DNA from: Utricularia gibba
Lineage: Eukaryota; Plantae; Magnoliophyta
Assembly (NCBI GenBank): GCA_002189035.1
Contig: NEEC01000287.1
Coordinates: 1 to 57,927 of the forward strand
Direction: 5' to 3'
Length of the DNA stretch: 57,927 nt
A program made the position numbers and the translations under genes. The notes below the pieces were generated by a model. It was not told the origin of the DNA. It saw nothing but the letters and a program-made list of their open reading frames with translations, and searched no databases. Positions 40,201-53,900 of the stretch are shown here, one piece after another; the first letter of the stretch is position 1, and the number at the start of each line of letters is the position of its first letter.

Positions 40201-42046
40201 ATGGGCCGAGCCCGACCGACCTCCAGCCCGATCCTGGTGCCCCTCGAGAGCGCCTCCTCAAATATAAATCTTGTGGATGAGAAAGCCATTTGGGGTGCTC
40301 ATGACATCCTAACTTCAAAAATGCATGTTGATTTTTGTTGAATAGGACCCGATTGGGCTCAGGAGTCGAACCGAACCTTGGGTCCGGATGAACTTCCCAA
40401 TGAAAGCACCAAACCAAAAACGACAAGCTTTTCCTTCAGAAACCATGTAAGCAGCTGCCGAAAACCCAACGTTAATAAATGGATCACTTTTTTTCCGGGC
40501 TACAAATGACTATGGGCCCGAGCCCGACCTGACCTCCGGCCCGATCCTGGTGCCCCTCGAGAGCGCCTCCTCAAATATAAAGCTTGTGGATGAGAAAACC
40601 ATTTGGGGTGCTCATGACATCCTAACTTCAATAAATGCATCACGATTTTCGTCAATAGTACCTGATTTGGCTCAGGAGTCGAACCGAACTTGGGTCCGGA
40701 CGAAGTTCCCAACGACAGCACCCACCCAAAAAAGACAAGCTTTTCCTTCAGAAACAATGTAGGCAGCTGCCGAAAACCCAACGTTAATAAATGGATCACT
40801 TTTTTTGCCGGGCTACAAATGACTATGGGCCCGATTTCGACAAGACCTCCGGCCAGATCCTAGTGCCCCTCGAGAGCGCCTCCTCAAATAAAAAGTATGT
40901 GGTTGGAAAACCATTTGGGGTGCTCATGACATCCTAACTTCAATAAATGCATCACGATTTTCGTTGAATAGGACCCGATTGGGCGCAGGAGTCGAACCGA
41001 ACCTTGGGTCCGGATGAACTTCCCAACGAAAGCACCCACCAAAAACGACAAGCTTTTCCTTCAGAAACAATGTAGGCAGCTGCCGAAAACCCAACGTTAA
41101 TAAATGGATCACTTTTTTTGCCGGGCTACAAATGACTATGGGCCCCCGACCACCTCCGCCCGATCCTGTGCCCCTCGAGAGCGCCTCCTCAAATAAAAAG
41201 TTGTGGTTGAGAAAACCATTTGGGGTGCTCATGACATCCTAACTTCAAAAAAATGCATCTTGATTTTTGTCGAATAGGACCCGATTGGGCTCAGGAGTCG
41301 AACCGAACCTTGGGTCCGGACGAACTTCCCAATGAAAGCACCAAAAAACGACAAGCTTTTCCTTCAGAAACCATGTAGCTGCCGAAAACCAACGTTAATA
41401 ATGGATCACTTTTTTCCGGGCTACAAATGACTATGGGCCCGAGTTCGATGACCTCCGGCCCGATCCTAGTGCCTCGAGAGCGCCTCCTCAAATAAAAGCA
41501 TGTGGTTGAGAAAACCATTTGGGGTGCTCATGACATCCTAACTTCAATAAATGCATCACGATTTTCGTTGAATAGGACCCGATTGGGCTCAGGAGTCGAA
41601 CCGAACCTTGGGTCCGGATGAACTTCCCAACGAAAGCACCACCCAAAAAGACAAGCTTTTCCTTCAGAAACAATGTAGGCAGCTGCCGAAAACCCAACGT
41701 TAATAAATGGATCACTTTTTTTGCCGGGCTACAAATGACTATGGGCCCGAGCCGACCGACCTCCGCCCGATCCTGGTGCCCCTCGAGAGCGCCTCCTCAA
41801 ATATAAATCTTGTGGATGAGAAAACCATTTGGGGTGCTCATGACATCCTAACTTCAATAAATGCATGATTTTCGTTGAATAGGACCCGATTGGGCAGGAG
41901 TCGAACCGAACCTTGGTCCGGATGAACTTCCAATGAAAGCACCAAACCAAAAACGACAAGCTTTTCCTTCAGAAACATGTAAGCAGCTGCCGAAAACCCA
42001 ACGTTAATAAATGGATCACTTTTTTTCCCGGGCTACAAATGACTAT

Positions 42047-44532
42047 GGGCCGAGCCCGACCTGACCTCCGCCCGATCCTGGTGCCCCTCGAGAGCGCCTC
42101 CTCAAATATAAAGCTTGTGGATGAGAAAACCATTTGGGGTGCTCATGACATCCTAACTTCAATAAATGCATCACGATTTTCGTCAAAATAGTACCGATTG
42201 GCTCAGGAGTCGAAGCGAAACTTGGGTCTGGGACGAAGTTCCCAACGACAGCACCCACCCAAAAAAGACAAGCTTTTCCTTGAGAAACATGTAGGCAGCT
42301 GCCGAAAACCCAACGTTAATTAATGGATCACTTTTTTGCCGGGTTACAAATGACTATGGGCCCGAGTTCGATATGACCTCCGGCCCGATCCTAGTGCCCC
42401 TCGAGAGTGCCTCCTCAAATAAATAGCATGTGGTTGAGAAAACCATTTGGGGTGCTCATGACATCCTAACTTCAATAAATGCATCACGATTTTCGTTGAA
42501 TAGGACCCGATTGGGCGCAGGAGTCGAACCGAACCTTGGGTCCGGATGAACTTCCCAACGAAAGCACCCACCCAAAAACGACAAGCTTTTCCTTCAGAAA
42601 CAATGTAGGCAGCTGCCGAAAACCCAACGTTAATAAATGGATCACTTTTTTTGCCGGGCTACAAATGACTATGGGCCGAGCCCGACCCGACCTCCAGCCC
42701 GATCCTGGTGCCCTCGAGAGCGCCTCCTCAAATATAAATCTTGTGGATGAGAAAGCCATTTGGGGTGCTCATGACATCCTAACTTCAAAAAATGCATGTT
42801 GATTTTTGTTGAATAGGACCCGATTGGGCGCAGGAGTCGAACCGAACCTTGGGTCCGGATGAACTTCCAACGAAAGCACCCACCCAAAAACGACAAGCTT
42901 TTCCTTCAGAAACAATGTAGGCAGCTGCCGAAAACCCAACGTTAATAAATGGATCACTTTTTTGCGGGCTACAAATGACTATGGGCCCGAGCCGACCCGA
43001 CCTCCGCCCGATCCTGGTGCCCCTCGAGAGCGCCTCCTCAATATAAATCTTGTGGATGAGAAAGCCATTTGGGGTGCTCATGACATCCTAACTTCAAAAA
43101 ATGCATGATTTTTGTTGAATAGGACCCGATTGGGCTCAGGAGTCGAACCGAACCTTGTGTCCGGATGAACTTCCCAATGAAAGCACCAAACCAAAAACGA
43201 CAAGCTTTTCCTTCAGAAACATGTAAGCAGCTGCCGAAAACCCAACGTTAATAAATGGATCACTTTTTTTCCCGGGCTACAAATGACTATGGGCCCGAGC
43301 GACCTGACCTCCGGCCCGATCCTGGTGCCCTCGAGAGCGCCTCCTCAAATATAAAGCTTGTGGATGAGAAAACCATTTGGGGTGCTCATGACATCCTAAC
43401 TTCAATAAATGCATCACGATTTTCGTCAAATAGTACCTGATTTGGCTCAGGAGTCGAACGAAACTTGGGTCTGGACGAAGTTCCCAACGACAGCACCCAC
43501 CAAAAAAGACAAGCTTTTCCTTCAGAAACATGTAGGCAGCTGCCGAAAACCCAACGTTAATAAATGGATCACTTTTTTGCCGGGTTACAAATGACTATGG
43601 GCCCGAGTTCGATATGACCTCCGGCCCGATCCTAGTGCCCTCGAGAGTGCCTCCTCAAATAAATAGCATGTGGTTGAGAAAACCATTTGGGGTGCTCATG
43701 ACATCCTAACTTCAATAAATGCATCACGATTTTCGTTGAATAGGACCCGATTGGGCGCAGGAGTCGAACCGAACCTTGGGTCCGGATGAACTTCCCAACG
43801 AAAGCACCCACCCAAAAACGACAAGCTTTTCCTTCAGAAACAATGTAGGCAGCTGCCGAAAACCCAACGTTAATAAATGGATCACTTTTTTTGCCGGGCT
43901 ACAAATGACTATGGGCCCGAGCCCGACCCGACCTCCGCCCGATCCTGGTGCCCTCGAGAGCGCCTCCTCAAATATAAATCTTGTGGATGAGAAAGCCATT
44001 TGGGGTGCTCATGACATCCTAACTTCAAAAAATGCATGTTGATTTTCGTTGAATAGGACCCGATTGGGCGCAGGAGTCGAACCGAACCTTGGGTCCGGAT
44101 GAACTTCCCAACGAAAGCACCCACCCAAAAACGACAAGCTTTTCCTTCAGAAACAATGTAGGCAGCTGCCGAAAACCCAACGTTAATAAATGGATCACTT
44201 TTTTTGCGGGCTACAAATGACTATGGGCCCGAGCCCGACCCGACCTCCGCCCGATCCTGGTGCCCCTCGAGAGCGCCTCCTCAAATATAAATCTTGTGGA
44301 TGAGAAAGCCATTTGGGGTGCTCATGACATCCTAACTTCAAAAAATGCATATTTTTGTTGAATAGGACCCGATTGGGCTCAGGAGTCGAACCGAACCTTG
44401 TGTCCGGATGAACTTCCCAATGAAAGCACCAACCAAAAACGACAAGCTTTTCCTTCAGAAACATGTAAGCAGCTGCCGAAAACCCAACGTTAATAAATGG
44501 ATCACTTTTTTTCCCGGGCTACAAATGACTAT
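42047..44532. repeat. Variant 4-monomer HOR (B-C'-A/D hybrid-A) x2, ~1.243 kb
   Basis: B at 42047, 43291 and 44533. Shared private alleles: GAGAGTGCC and AAATAGCATG in C' (42411-42430, 43641-43670) and TTTGCGGGCT at the end of the hybrid (~42961, ~44201). Confidence 0.8.
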
Positions 44533-47340
44533 GGGCCCGAGCCCGACCTGACCTCCGGCCCGATCCTGGTGCCCCTCGAGAGCGCCTCCTCAAATATAAA
44601 GCTTGTGGATGAGAAAACCATTTGGGGTGCTCATGACATCCTAACTTCAATAAATGCATCACGATTTTCGTCAATAGTACCTGATTTGGCTCAGGAGTCG
44701 AAGCGAAAACTTGGGTCTGGACGAAGTTCCCAACGACAGCACCCCCCAAAAAAGACAAGCTTTTCCTTGAGAAACCATGTAGGCAGCTGCCGAAAACCCA
44801 ACGTTAATTAAATGGATCACTTTTTTGCCGGGTTACAAATGACTATGGGCCCGAGTTCGATATGACCTCCGGCCCGATCCTAGTGCCCCTCGAGAGTGCC
44901 TCCTCAAATAAAGCATGTGGTTGAGAAAACCATTTGGGGTGCTCATGACATCCTAACTTCAATAAATGCATCACGATTTTCGTTGAATAGGACCCGATTG
45001 GGCGCAGGAGTCGAACCGAACCTTGGGTCCGGATGAACTTCCCAACGAAAGCACCCACCCAAAACGACAAGCTTTTCCTTCAGAAACAATGTAGGCAGCT
45101 GCCGAAAACCCAACGTTATAAATGGATCACTTTTTTTGCCGGGCTACAAATGACTATGGGCCCGAGCCCGACCCGACCTCCAGCCCGATCCTGGTGCCCC
45201 TCGAGAGCGCCTCCTCAAATATAAATCTTGTGGATGAGAAAGCCATTTGGGGTGCTCATGACATCCTAACTTCAAAAAATGCATGTTGATTTTTGTTGAA
45301 TAGGACCCGATTGGGCTCAGGAGTCGAACCGAACCTTGTGTCCGGATGAACTTCCCAATGAAAGCACCAAACCAAAAACGACAAGCTTTTCCTTCAGAAA
45401 CATGTAAGCAGCTGCCGAAAACCCAACGTTAATAAATGGATCACTTTTTTTCCCGGGCTACAAATGACTATGGGCCCGAGCCCGACCTGACCTCCGGCCC
45501 GATCCTGGTGCCCCTCGAGAGCGCCTCCTCAAATATAAAGCTTGTGGATGAGAAAACCATTTGGGGTGCTCATGACATCCTAACTTCAATAAATGCATCA
45601 CGATTTTCGTCAAATAGTACCTGATTTGGCTTAGGAGTCGAAGCGAAACTTGGGTCTGGACGAAGTTCCCAACGACAGCACCCACCCAAAAAAGACAAGC
45701 TTTTCCTTCAGAAACCATGTAGGCAGCTGCCGAAAACCCAACGTTAATTAATGGATCACTTTTTTGCCGGGTTACAAATGACTATGGGCCCGAGTTCGAT
45801 ATGACCTCCGGCCGATCCTAGTGCCCCTCGAGAGTGCCTCCTCAAATAAAAGCATGTGGTTGAGAAACCATTTGGGGTGCTCATGACATCCTAACTTCAA
45901 TAAATGCATCACGATTTTCGTTGAATAGGACCCGATTGGGCGCAGGAGTCGAACCGAACCTTGGGTCCGGATGAACTTCCCAACGAAAGCACCCACCCAA
46001 AAACGACAAGCTTTTCCTTCAGAAACAATGTAGGCAGCTGCCGAAAACCCAACGTTATAAATGGATCACTTTTTTTGCCGGGCTACAAATGACTATGGGC
46101 CCGAGCCCGACCGACCTCCAGCCCGATCCTGGTGCCCCTCGAGAGCGCCTCCTCAAATATAAATCTTGTGGATGAGAAAGCCATTTGGGGTGCTCATGAC
46201 ATCCTAACTTCAAAAAATGCATGTTGATTTTTGTTGAATAGGACCCGATTGGGCTCAGGAGTCGAACCGAACCTTGTGTCCGGATGAACTTCCCAATGAA
46301 AGCACCAAACCAAAAACGACAAGCTTTTCCTTCAGAAACCATGTAAGCAGCTGCCGAAAACCCAACGTTAATAAATGGATCACTTTTTTTCCGGGCTACA
46401 AATGACTATGGGCCCGAGCCCGACCTGACCTCCGGCCCGATCCTGGTGCCCCTCGAGAGCGCTCCTCAAATATAAAGCTTGTGGATGAGAAAACATTTGG
46501 GGTGCTCATGACATCCTAACTTCAATAAATGCATCACGATTTTCGTCAAATAGTACCTGATTTGGCTCAGGAGTCGAACGAAACTTGGGTCTTGACGAAG
46601 TTCCCAACGACAAGCACCCACCAAAAAAGACAAGCTTTTCCTTCAGAAACCATGTAGGCAGCTGCCGAAAACCCAACGTTAATAATGGATCACTTTTTTG
46701 CCGGGTTACAAATGACTATGGGCCCGAGTTCGATATGACCTCCGGCCCGATCCTAGTGCCCTCGAGAGCGCCTCCTCAAATAAAAGCATGGTTGAGAAAA
46801 CCATTTGGGGTGCTCATGACATCCTAACTTCAATAAATGCATCACGATTTTCGTTGAATAGGACCCGATTGGGCGCAGGAGTCGAACCGAACCTTGGGTC
46901 CGGATGAACTTCCAACGAAAGCACCCACCAAAAACGACAAGCTTTTCCTTCAGAAACAATGTAGGCAGCTGCCGAAAACCCAACGTTAATAAATGGATCA
47001 CTTTTTTTGCCGGGCTACAAATGACTATGGGCCCGAGCCCGACCCGACCTCCAGCCCGATCCTGGTGCCCCTCGAGAGCGCCTCCTCAAATATAAATCTT
47101 GTGGATGAGAAAGCCATTTGGGGTGCTCATGACATCCTAACTTCAAAAATGCATGTTGATTTTTTTGAATAGGACCCGATTGGGCTCAGGAGTCGAACCG
47201 AACCTTGTGTCCGGATGAACTTCCCAATGAAAGCACCAACCAAAAACGACAAGCTTTTCCTTCAGAAACCATGTAATCAGCTGCCGAAAACCCAACGTTA
47301 ATAAATGGATCACTTTTTTTCCCGGGCTACAAATGACTAT
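44533..47340. repeat. 3-monomer HOR (B-C'-A) x3, ~0.935 kb
   Basis: B at 44533, 45472, 46410; C' at 44847, 45786, 46720; A at 45158, 46097, 47029. The private deletion AACGTTATAAATGG at ~45113 and ~46051 is one unit apart. Confidence 0.85.
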
Positions 47341-50300
47341 GGGCCGAGCCCGACCTGACCTCCGGCCCGATCCTGGTGCCCCTCGAGAGCGCCTCCTCAA
47401 ATATAAAGCTTGTGGATGAGAAAACCATTTGGGGTGCTCATGACATCCTAACTTCAAAAAATGCATCTTGATTTTTGTCGAATAGGACCCGATTGGGCTC
47501 AGGAGTCGAACCGAACCTTGGGTCCGGACGAAGTTCCCAATGAAAGCACCCAACAAAAAACGACAAGCTTTTCCTTCAGAAACCATGTAAGCAGCTGCCG
47601 AAAACCAACGTTAATAAATGGATCACTTTTTTGCCGGGTTACAAATGACTATGGGCCCGAGTTCGATATGACCTCCGGCCCGATCCTAGTGCCCCTCGAG
47701 AGTGCCCTCCTCAAATAAAGCATGTGGTTGAGAAAACCATTTGGGGTGCTCATGACATCCTAACTTCAATAAATGCATCACGATTTTCGTTGAATAGGAC
47801 CCGATTGGGCGCAGGAGTCGAACCGAACCTTGGGTCCGGATGAACTTCCCAACGAAAGCACCCACCCAAAAACGACAAGCTTTTCCTTCAGAAACAATGC
47901 AAAAAAAATGGATCACTTTTTTTCCAAATGACTATGGGCCCGAGCCCGACCCGACCTCCAGCCCGATCCTGGTGCCCCTCGAGAGCGCCTCCTCAAATAT
48001 AAATCTTGTGGATGAGAAAGCCATTTGGGGTGCTCATGACATCCTAACTTCAAAAATGCATGATTTTTGTTGAATAGGACCCGATTGGGCTCAGGAGTCG
48101 AACCGAACCTTGTGTCCGGATGAACTTCCCAATGAAAGCACCAAACCAAAAACGACAAGCTTTTCCTTCAGAAACATGTAAGCAGCTGCCGAAAACCCAA
48201 CGTTAATAAATGGATCACTTTTTTTCCGGGCTACAAATGACTATGGGCCGAGCCCGACCTGACCTCCGGCCCGATCCTGGTGCCCCTCGAGAGCGCCTCC
48301 TCAAATATAAAGCTTGTGGATGAGAAAACATCTCATGACATCCTAACTTCAATAAATGCATCACGATTTTCGTCAATAGTACCTGACTTCCGAAACTGGG
48401 AAAAAAAAGCACGACAAGCTTTTCCTTAAAACAGCTGCGAAAACCAACGTTAATAAATGGATCACTTTTTTTGCCGGGCTACAAATGACTATGGGCCGAG
48501 CCCGACCCGACCTCCAGCCCGATCCTGGTGCCCCTCAAAATAAAAATCTTGTGGATGAGAAAGCCATTTGGGGTGCTCATGACATCCTAACTTAAAAAAA
48601 TGCATGTTGATTTTTGTTGAATAGGACCGATTGGGCTCAGGAGTCGAACCGAACCTTGTGTCCGGATGAACTTCCCAATGAAAGCACCAAACCAAAAACG
48701 ACAAGCTTTTCCTTCAGAAACCATGTAATCAGCTGCCGAAAACCCAACGTTAATAAATGGATCACTTTTTTTCCCGGGCTACAAATGACTATGGGCCCGA
48801 GCCCGACCCGACCTCGGCCCGATCCTGGTGCCCCTCGAGAGCGCCTCCTCAAATATAAAGCTTGTGGATGAGAAAACCATTTGGGGTGCTCATGACATCC
48901 TAACTTCAATAAATGCATCACGATTTTCGTTAAATAGTACCTTTGGGAGGAGTCGAAACCTTGGGGGGAACAACGAAAGCACCCCCAAAAAAGACAAGCT
49001 TTTCCTTGAGAAACCATGTAGGCAGCTGCCGAAAACCCAACGTTAATAAATGGATCACTTTTTTGCCGGGTTACAAATGACTATGGGCCCGAGTTCGATA
49101 TGACCTCCGGCCCGATCCTAGTGCCCCTCGAGAGTGCCTCCTCAAATAAATAGCATGTGGTTGAGAAAACCATTTGGGGTGCTCATGACATCCTAACTTC
49201 AATAAATGCATCACGATTTTCGTTGAATAGGACCCGATTGGGCGCAGGAGTCGAACCGAACCTTGGGTCCGGATGAACTTCCCAACGAAAGCACCCACCC
49301 AAAAACGACAAGCTTTTCCTTCAGAAACAATGTAGGCAGCTGCCGAAAACCCAACGTTAATAAATGGATCACTTTTTTTGCGGGCTACAAATGACTATGG
49401 GCCCGAGCCCGACCGACCTCCGCCCGATCCTGGTGCCCCTCGAGAGCGCCTCCTCAAATATAAATCTTGTGGATGAGAAACCATTTGGGGTGCTCATGAC
49501 ATCCTAACTTCAATAAATGCATCAATTTTTGTTGAATAGGACCCGATTGGGCTCAGGAGTCGAACCGAACCTTGGTCCGGATGAACTTCCCAATGAAAGC
49601 ACCAAACCAAAAACGACAAGCTTTTCCTTCAGAAACATGTAGCAGCTGCCGAAAACCCAACGTTAATAAATGGATCACTTTTTTTCCGGGCTACAAATGA
49701 CTATGGGCCCGAGCCCGACCTGACCTCCGGCCCGATCTGGTGCCCCTCGAGAGCGCCTCCTCAAATATAAAGCTTGTGGATGAGAAAACCATTTGGGGTG
49801 CTCATGACATCCTAACTTCAATAAATGCATCACGATTTTCGTCAAATAGTACCTGATTTGGCTCAGGAGTCGAACCGAAACTTGGGTCTGGACGAAGTTC
49901 CCAACGACAGCACCCACCCAAAAAAGACAAGCTTTTCCTTCAGAAACAATGTAGGCAGCTGCCGAAAACCCAACGTTAATAAATGGATCACTTTTTTTGC
50001 CGGGCTACAAATGACTATGGGCCCGAGCCCGACCGACCTCCAGCCCGATCCTGGTGCCCCTCGAGAGCGCCTCCTCAAATATAAATCTTGTGGATGAGAA
50101 AGCCATTTGGGGTGCTCATGACATCCTAACTTCAAAAAATGCATGTTGATTTTTGTTGAATAGGACCCGATTGGGCTCAGGAGTCGAACCGAACCTTGTG
50201 TCCGGATGAACTTCCCAACGAAAGCACCAAACCAAAAAACGACAAGCTTTTCCTTCAGAAACATGTAATCAGCTGCCGAAAACCCAACGTTAATAAATGG

Positions 50301-50942
50301 ATCACTTTTTTTCCGGGCTACAAATGACTATGGGCCCGAGCCCGACCCGACCTCGCCCGATCCTGGTGCCCCTCGAGAGCGCCTCCTCAAATATAAAGCT
50401 TGTGGATGAGAAAACCATTTGGGGTGCTCATGACATCCTAACTTCAATAAATGCATCGATTTTCGTTAAATAGTACCTGATTGGCTCAGGAGTCGAACCG
50501 AAACTTGGGTCTGGACGAAGTTCCCAACGAAGCACCCACCCAAAAACGACAAGCTTTTCCTTCAGAAACATGTAGGCAGCTGCCGAAAACCCAACGTTAA
50601 TAAATGGATCACTTTTTTGCCGGGCTACAAATGACTATGGGCCCGAGCCGACTGACCTCCGGCCGATCCTGTGCCCCTCGAGAGCGCTCCTCAAATAAAG
50701 CTGTGGTTGAGAAAACCATTTGGGGTGCTCATGACATCCTAACTTCAATAAATGCATCACGATTTTCGTCGAATAGGACCCGATTGGGCTCAGGAGTCGA
50801 ACGAACCTTGGGTCGGATGAACTTCCCAACGAAAGCACCCACCCAAAAACGACAAGCTTTTCCTTCAGAAACAATGTAGGCAGCTGCCGAAAACCCAACG
50901 TTAATAAATGGATCACTTTTTTTCCGGGCTACAAATGACTAT

Positions 50943-53900
50943 GGGCCCGAGCCCGACCTGACCTCCGCCCGATCCTGGTGCCCCTCGAGAGACCTCCTCA
51001 AATAAAGCTTGTGGATGAGAAAACCATTTGGGGTGCTCATGACATCCTAACTTCAATAAATGCATCACGATTTTCGTCAATAGTACCTGATTGGCTCAGG
51101 AGTCGAACCGAACTTGGGTCTGGATGAAGTTCCCAACGACAGCACCCACCAAAAAAGACAAGCTTTTCCTTCAGAAACAATGTAGGCAGCTGCCGAAAAC
51201 CCAACGTTAATAAATGGATCACTTTTTTTGCCGGGCTACAAATGACTATGGGCCCGAGCCCGACCGACCTCCGCCCGATCCTGGTGCCCCTCGAGAGCGC
51301 CTCCTCAAATATAAATCTTGTGGATGAGAAAGCCATTTGGGGTGCTCATGACATCCTAACTTCAAAAAATGCATGTTGATTTTCGTTGAATAGGACCCGA
51401 TTGGGCTCAGGAGTCGAACCGAACCTTGGTCCGGATGAACTTCCCAATGAAAGCACCAAACCAAAAACGACAAGCTTTTCCTTCAGAAACCATGTAATCA
51501 GCTGCCGAAAACCCAACGTTAATAAATGGATCACTTTTTTTCCCGGGCTACAAATGACTATGGGCCCGATGACCTCCGGCCCGATCCTGGTGCCCCTCGA
51601 GAGACCTCCTCAAATATAAAGCTTGTGGATGAGAAAACCATTTGGGGTGCTCATGACATCCTAACTTCAATAAATGCATCACGATTTTCGTCAATAGTAC
51701 CTGATTGGCTCAGGAGTCGAACCGAACTTGGGTCTGGACGAAGTTCCCAACGACAGCACCCACCCAAAAAAGACAAGCTTTTCCTTCAGAAACAATGTAG
51801 GCAGCTGCCGAAAACCCAACGTTAATAAATGGATCACTTTTTTTGCCGGGCTACAAATGACTATGGGCCCGAGCCCGACCCGACCTCCGCCCGATCCTGG
51901 TGCCCTCGAGAGCGCCTCCTCAAATATAAATCTTGTGGATGAGAAAGCCATTTGGGGTGCTCATGACATCCTAACTTAAAAAAATGCATGTTGATTTTTG
52001 TTGAATAGGACCCGATTGGGCTCAGGAGTCGAACCGAACCTTGTGTCCGGATGAACTTCCCAATGAAAGCACCAAACCAAAAAACGACAAGCTTTTCCTT
52101 CAGAAACATGTAATCAGCTGCCGAAAACCCAACGTTAATAAATGGATCACTTTTTTTCCCGGGCTACAAATGACTATGGGCCCGAGCCGACCGACCTCGG
52201 CCCGATCCTGGTGCCCCTCGAGAGCGCCTCCTCAAATATAAAGCTTGTGGATGAGAAACCATTTGGGGTGCTCATGACATCCTAACTTCAATAAATGCAT
52301 CACGATTTTCGTTAAATAGTACCTGATTTGGCTCAGGAGTCGAACCGAAACTTGGGTCTGGACGAAGTTCCCAACGACAGCACCCACCCAAAAAAGACAA
52401 GCTTTTCCTTCAGAAACAATGTAGGCAGCTGCCGAAAACCCAACGTTAATAATGGATCACTTTTTTGCCGGGTTACAAATGACTATGGGCCCGAGTTCGA
52501 CCTCCGGCCCGATCCTAGTGCCCTCGAGAGCGCCTCCTCAAATAAAAGCATGTGGTTGAGAAAACCATTTGGGGTGCTCATGACATCCTAACTTCAATAA
52601 ATGCATCACGATTTTCGTCGAATAGGACCCGATCGGGCTCAGGAGTCGAACAGAACCTTGGGTCGGATGAACTTCCCAACGAAAGAACCCACCCAAAAAC
52701 GACAAGCTTTTCCTTCAGAAACAATGTAGGCAGCTGCCGAAAACCCAACGTTAATAAATGGATCACTTTTTTTGCCGGGCTACAAATGACTATGGGCCCG
52801 ATTTCGACAAGACCTCCGGCCAGATCCTAGTGCCCCTCGAGAGCGCCTCCTCAAATAAAAAGTATGTGGTTGGAAAACCATTTGGGGTGCTCATGACATC
52901 CTAACTTCAATAAATGCATCACGATTTTCGTTGAATAGGACCCGATTGGGCTCAGGAGTCGAACCGAACCTTGTGTCCGGATGAACTTCCCAATGAAAGC
53001 ACCAACCAAAAACGACAAGCTTTTCCTTCAGAAACCATGTAAGCAGCTGCCGAAAACCCAACGTTAATAAATGGATCACTTTTTTCCCGGGCTACAAATG
53101 ACTATGGCCCGAGCCCGACCTGACCTCCGGCCCGATCCTGGTGCCCCTCGAGAGCGCCTCCTCAAATATAAAGCTTGTGGATGAGAAAACCATTTGGGGT
53201 GCTCATGACATCCTAACTTCAATAAATGCATCACGATTTTCGTCAAATAGTACCTGATTTGGCTCAGGAGTCGAACGAAACTTGGGTCTGGACGAAGTTC
53301 CCAACGACAGCACCCACCCAAAAAGACAAGCTTTTCCTTGAGAAACATGTAGGCAGCTGCCGAAAACCCAACGTTAATTAATGGATCACTTTTTTGCCGG
53401 GTTACAAATGACTATGGGCCCGAGTTCGATATGACCTCCGGCCCGATCCTAGTGCCCCTCGAGAGCGCCTCCTCAAATAAAAAGTATGTGGTTGGAAAAC
53501 CATTTGGGGTGCTCATGACATCCTAACTTCAATAAATGCATCACGATTTTCGTTGAATAGGACCCGATTGGGCGCAGGAGTCGAACCGAACCTTGGGTCC
53601 GGATGAACTTCCCAACGAAAGCACCCACCAAAAACGACAAGCTTTTCCTTCAGAAACAATGTAGGCAGCTGCCGAAAACCCAACGTTAATAAATGGATCA
53701 CTTTTTTTGCCGGGCTACAAATGACTATGGGCCGATTTCGACAAGACCTCCGGCCAGATCCTAGTGCCCCTCGAGAGCGCCTCCTCAAATATAAATCTTG
53801 TGGATGAGAAAGCCATTTGGGGTGCTCATGACATCTAACTTCAATAAATGCATCACGATTTTCGTTGAATAGGACCCGATTGGGCGCAGAGTCGAACCGA

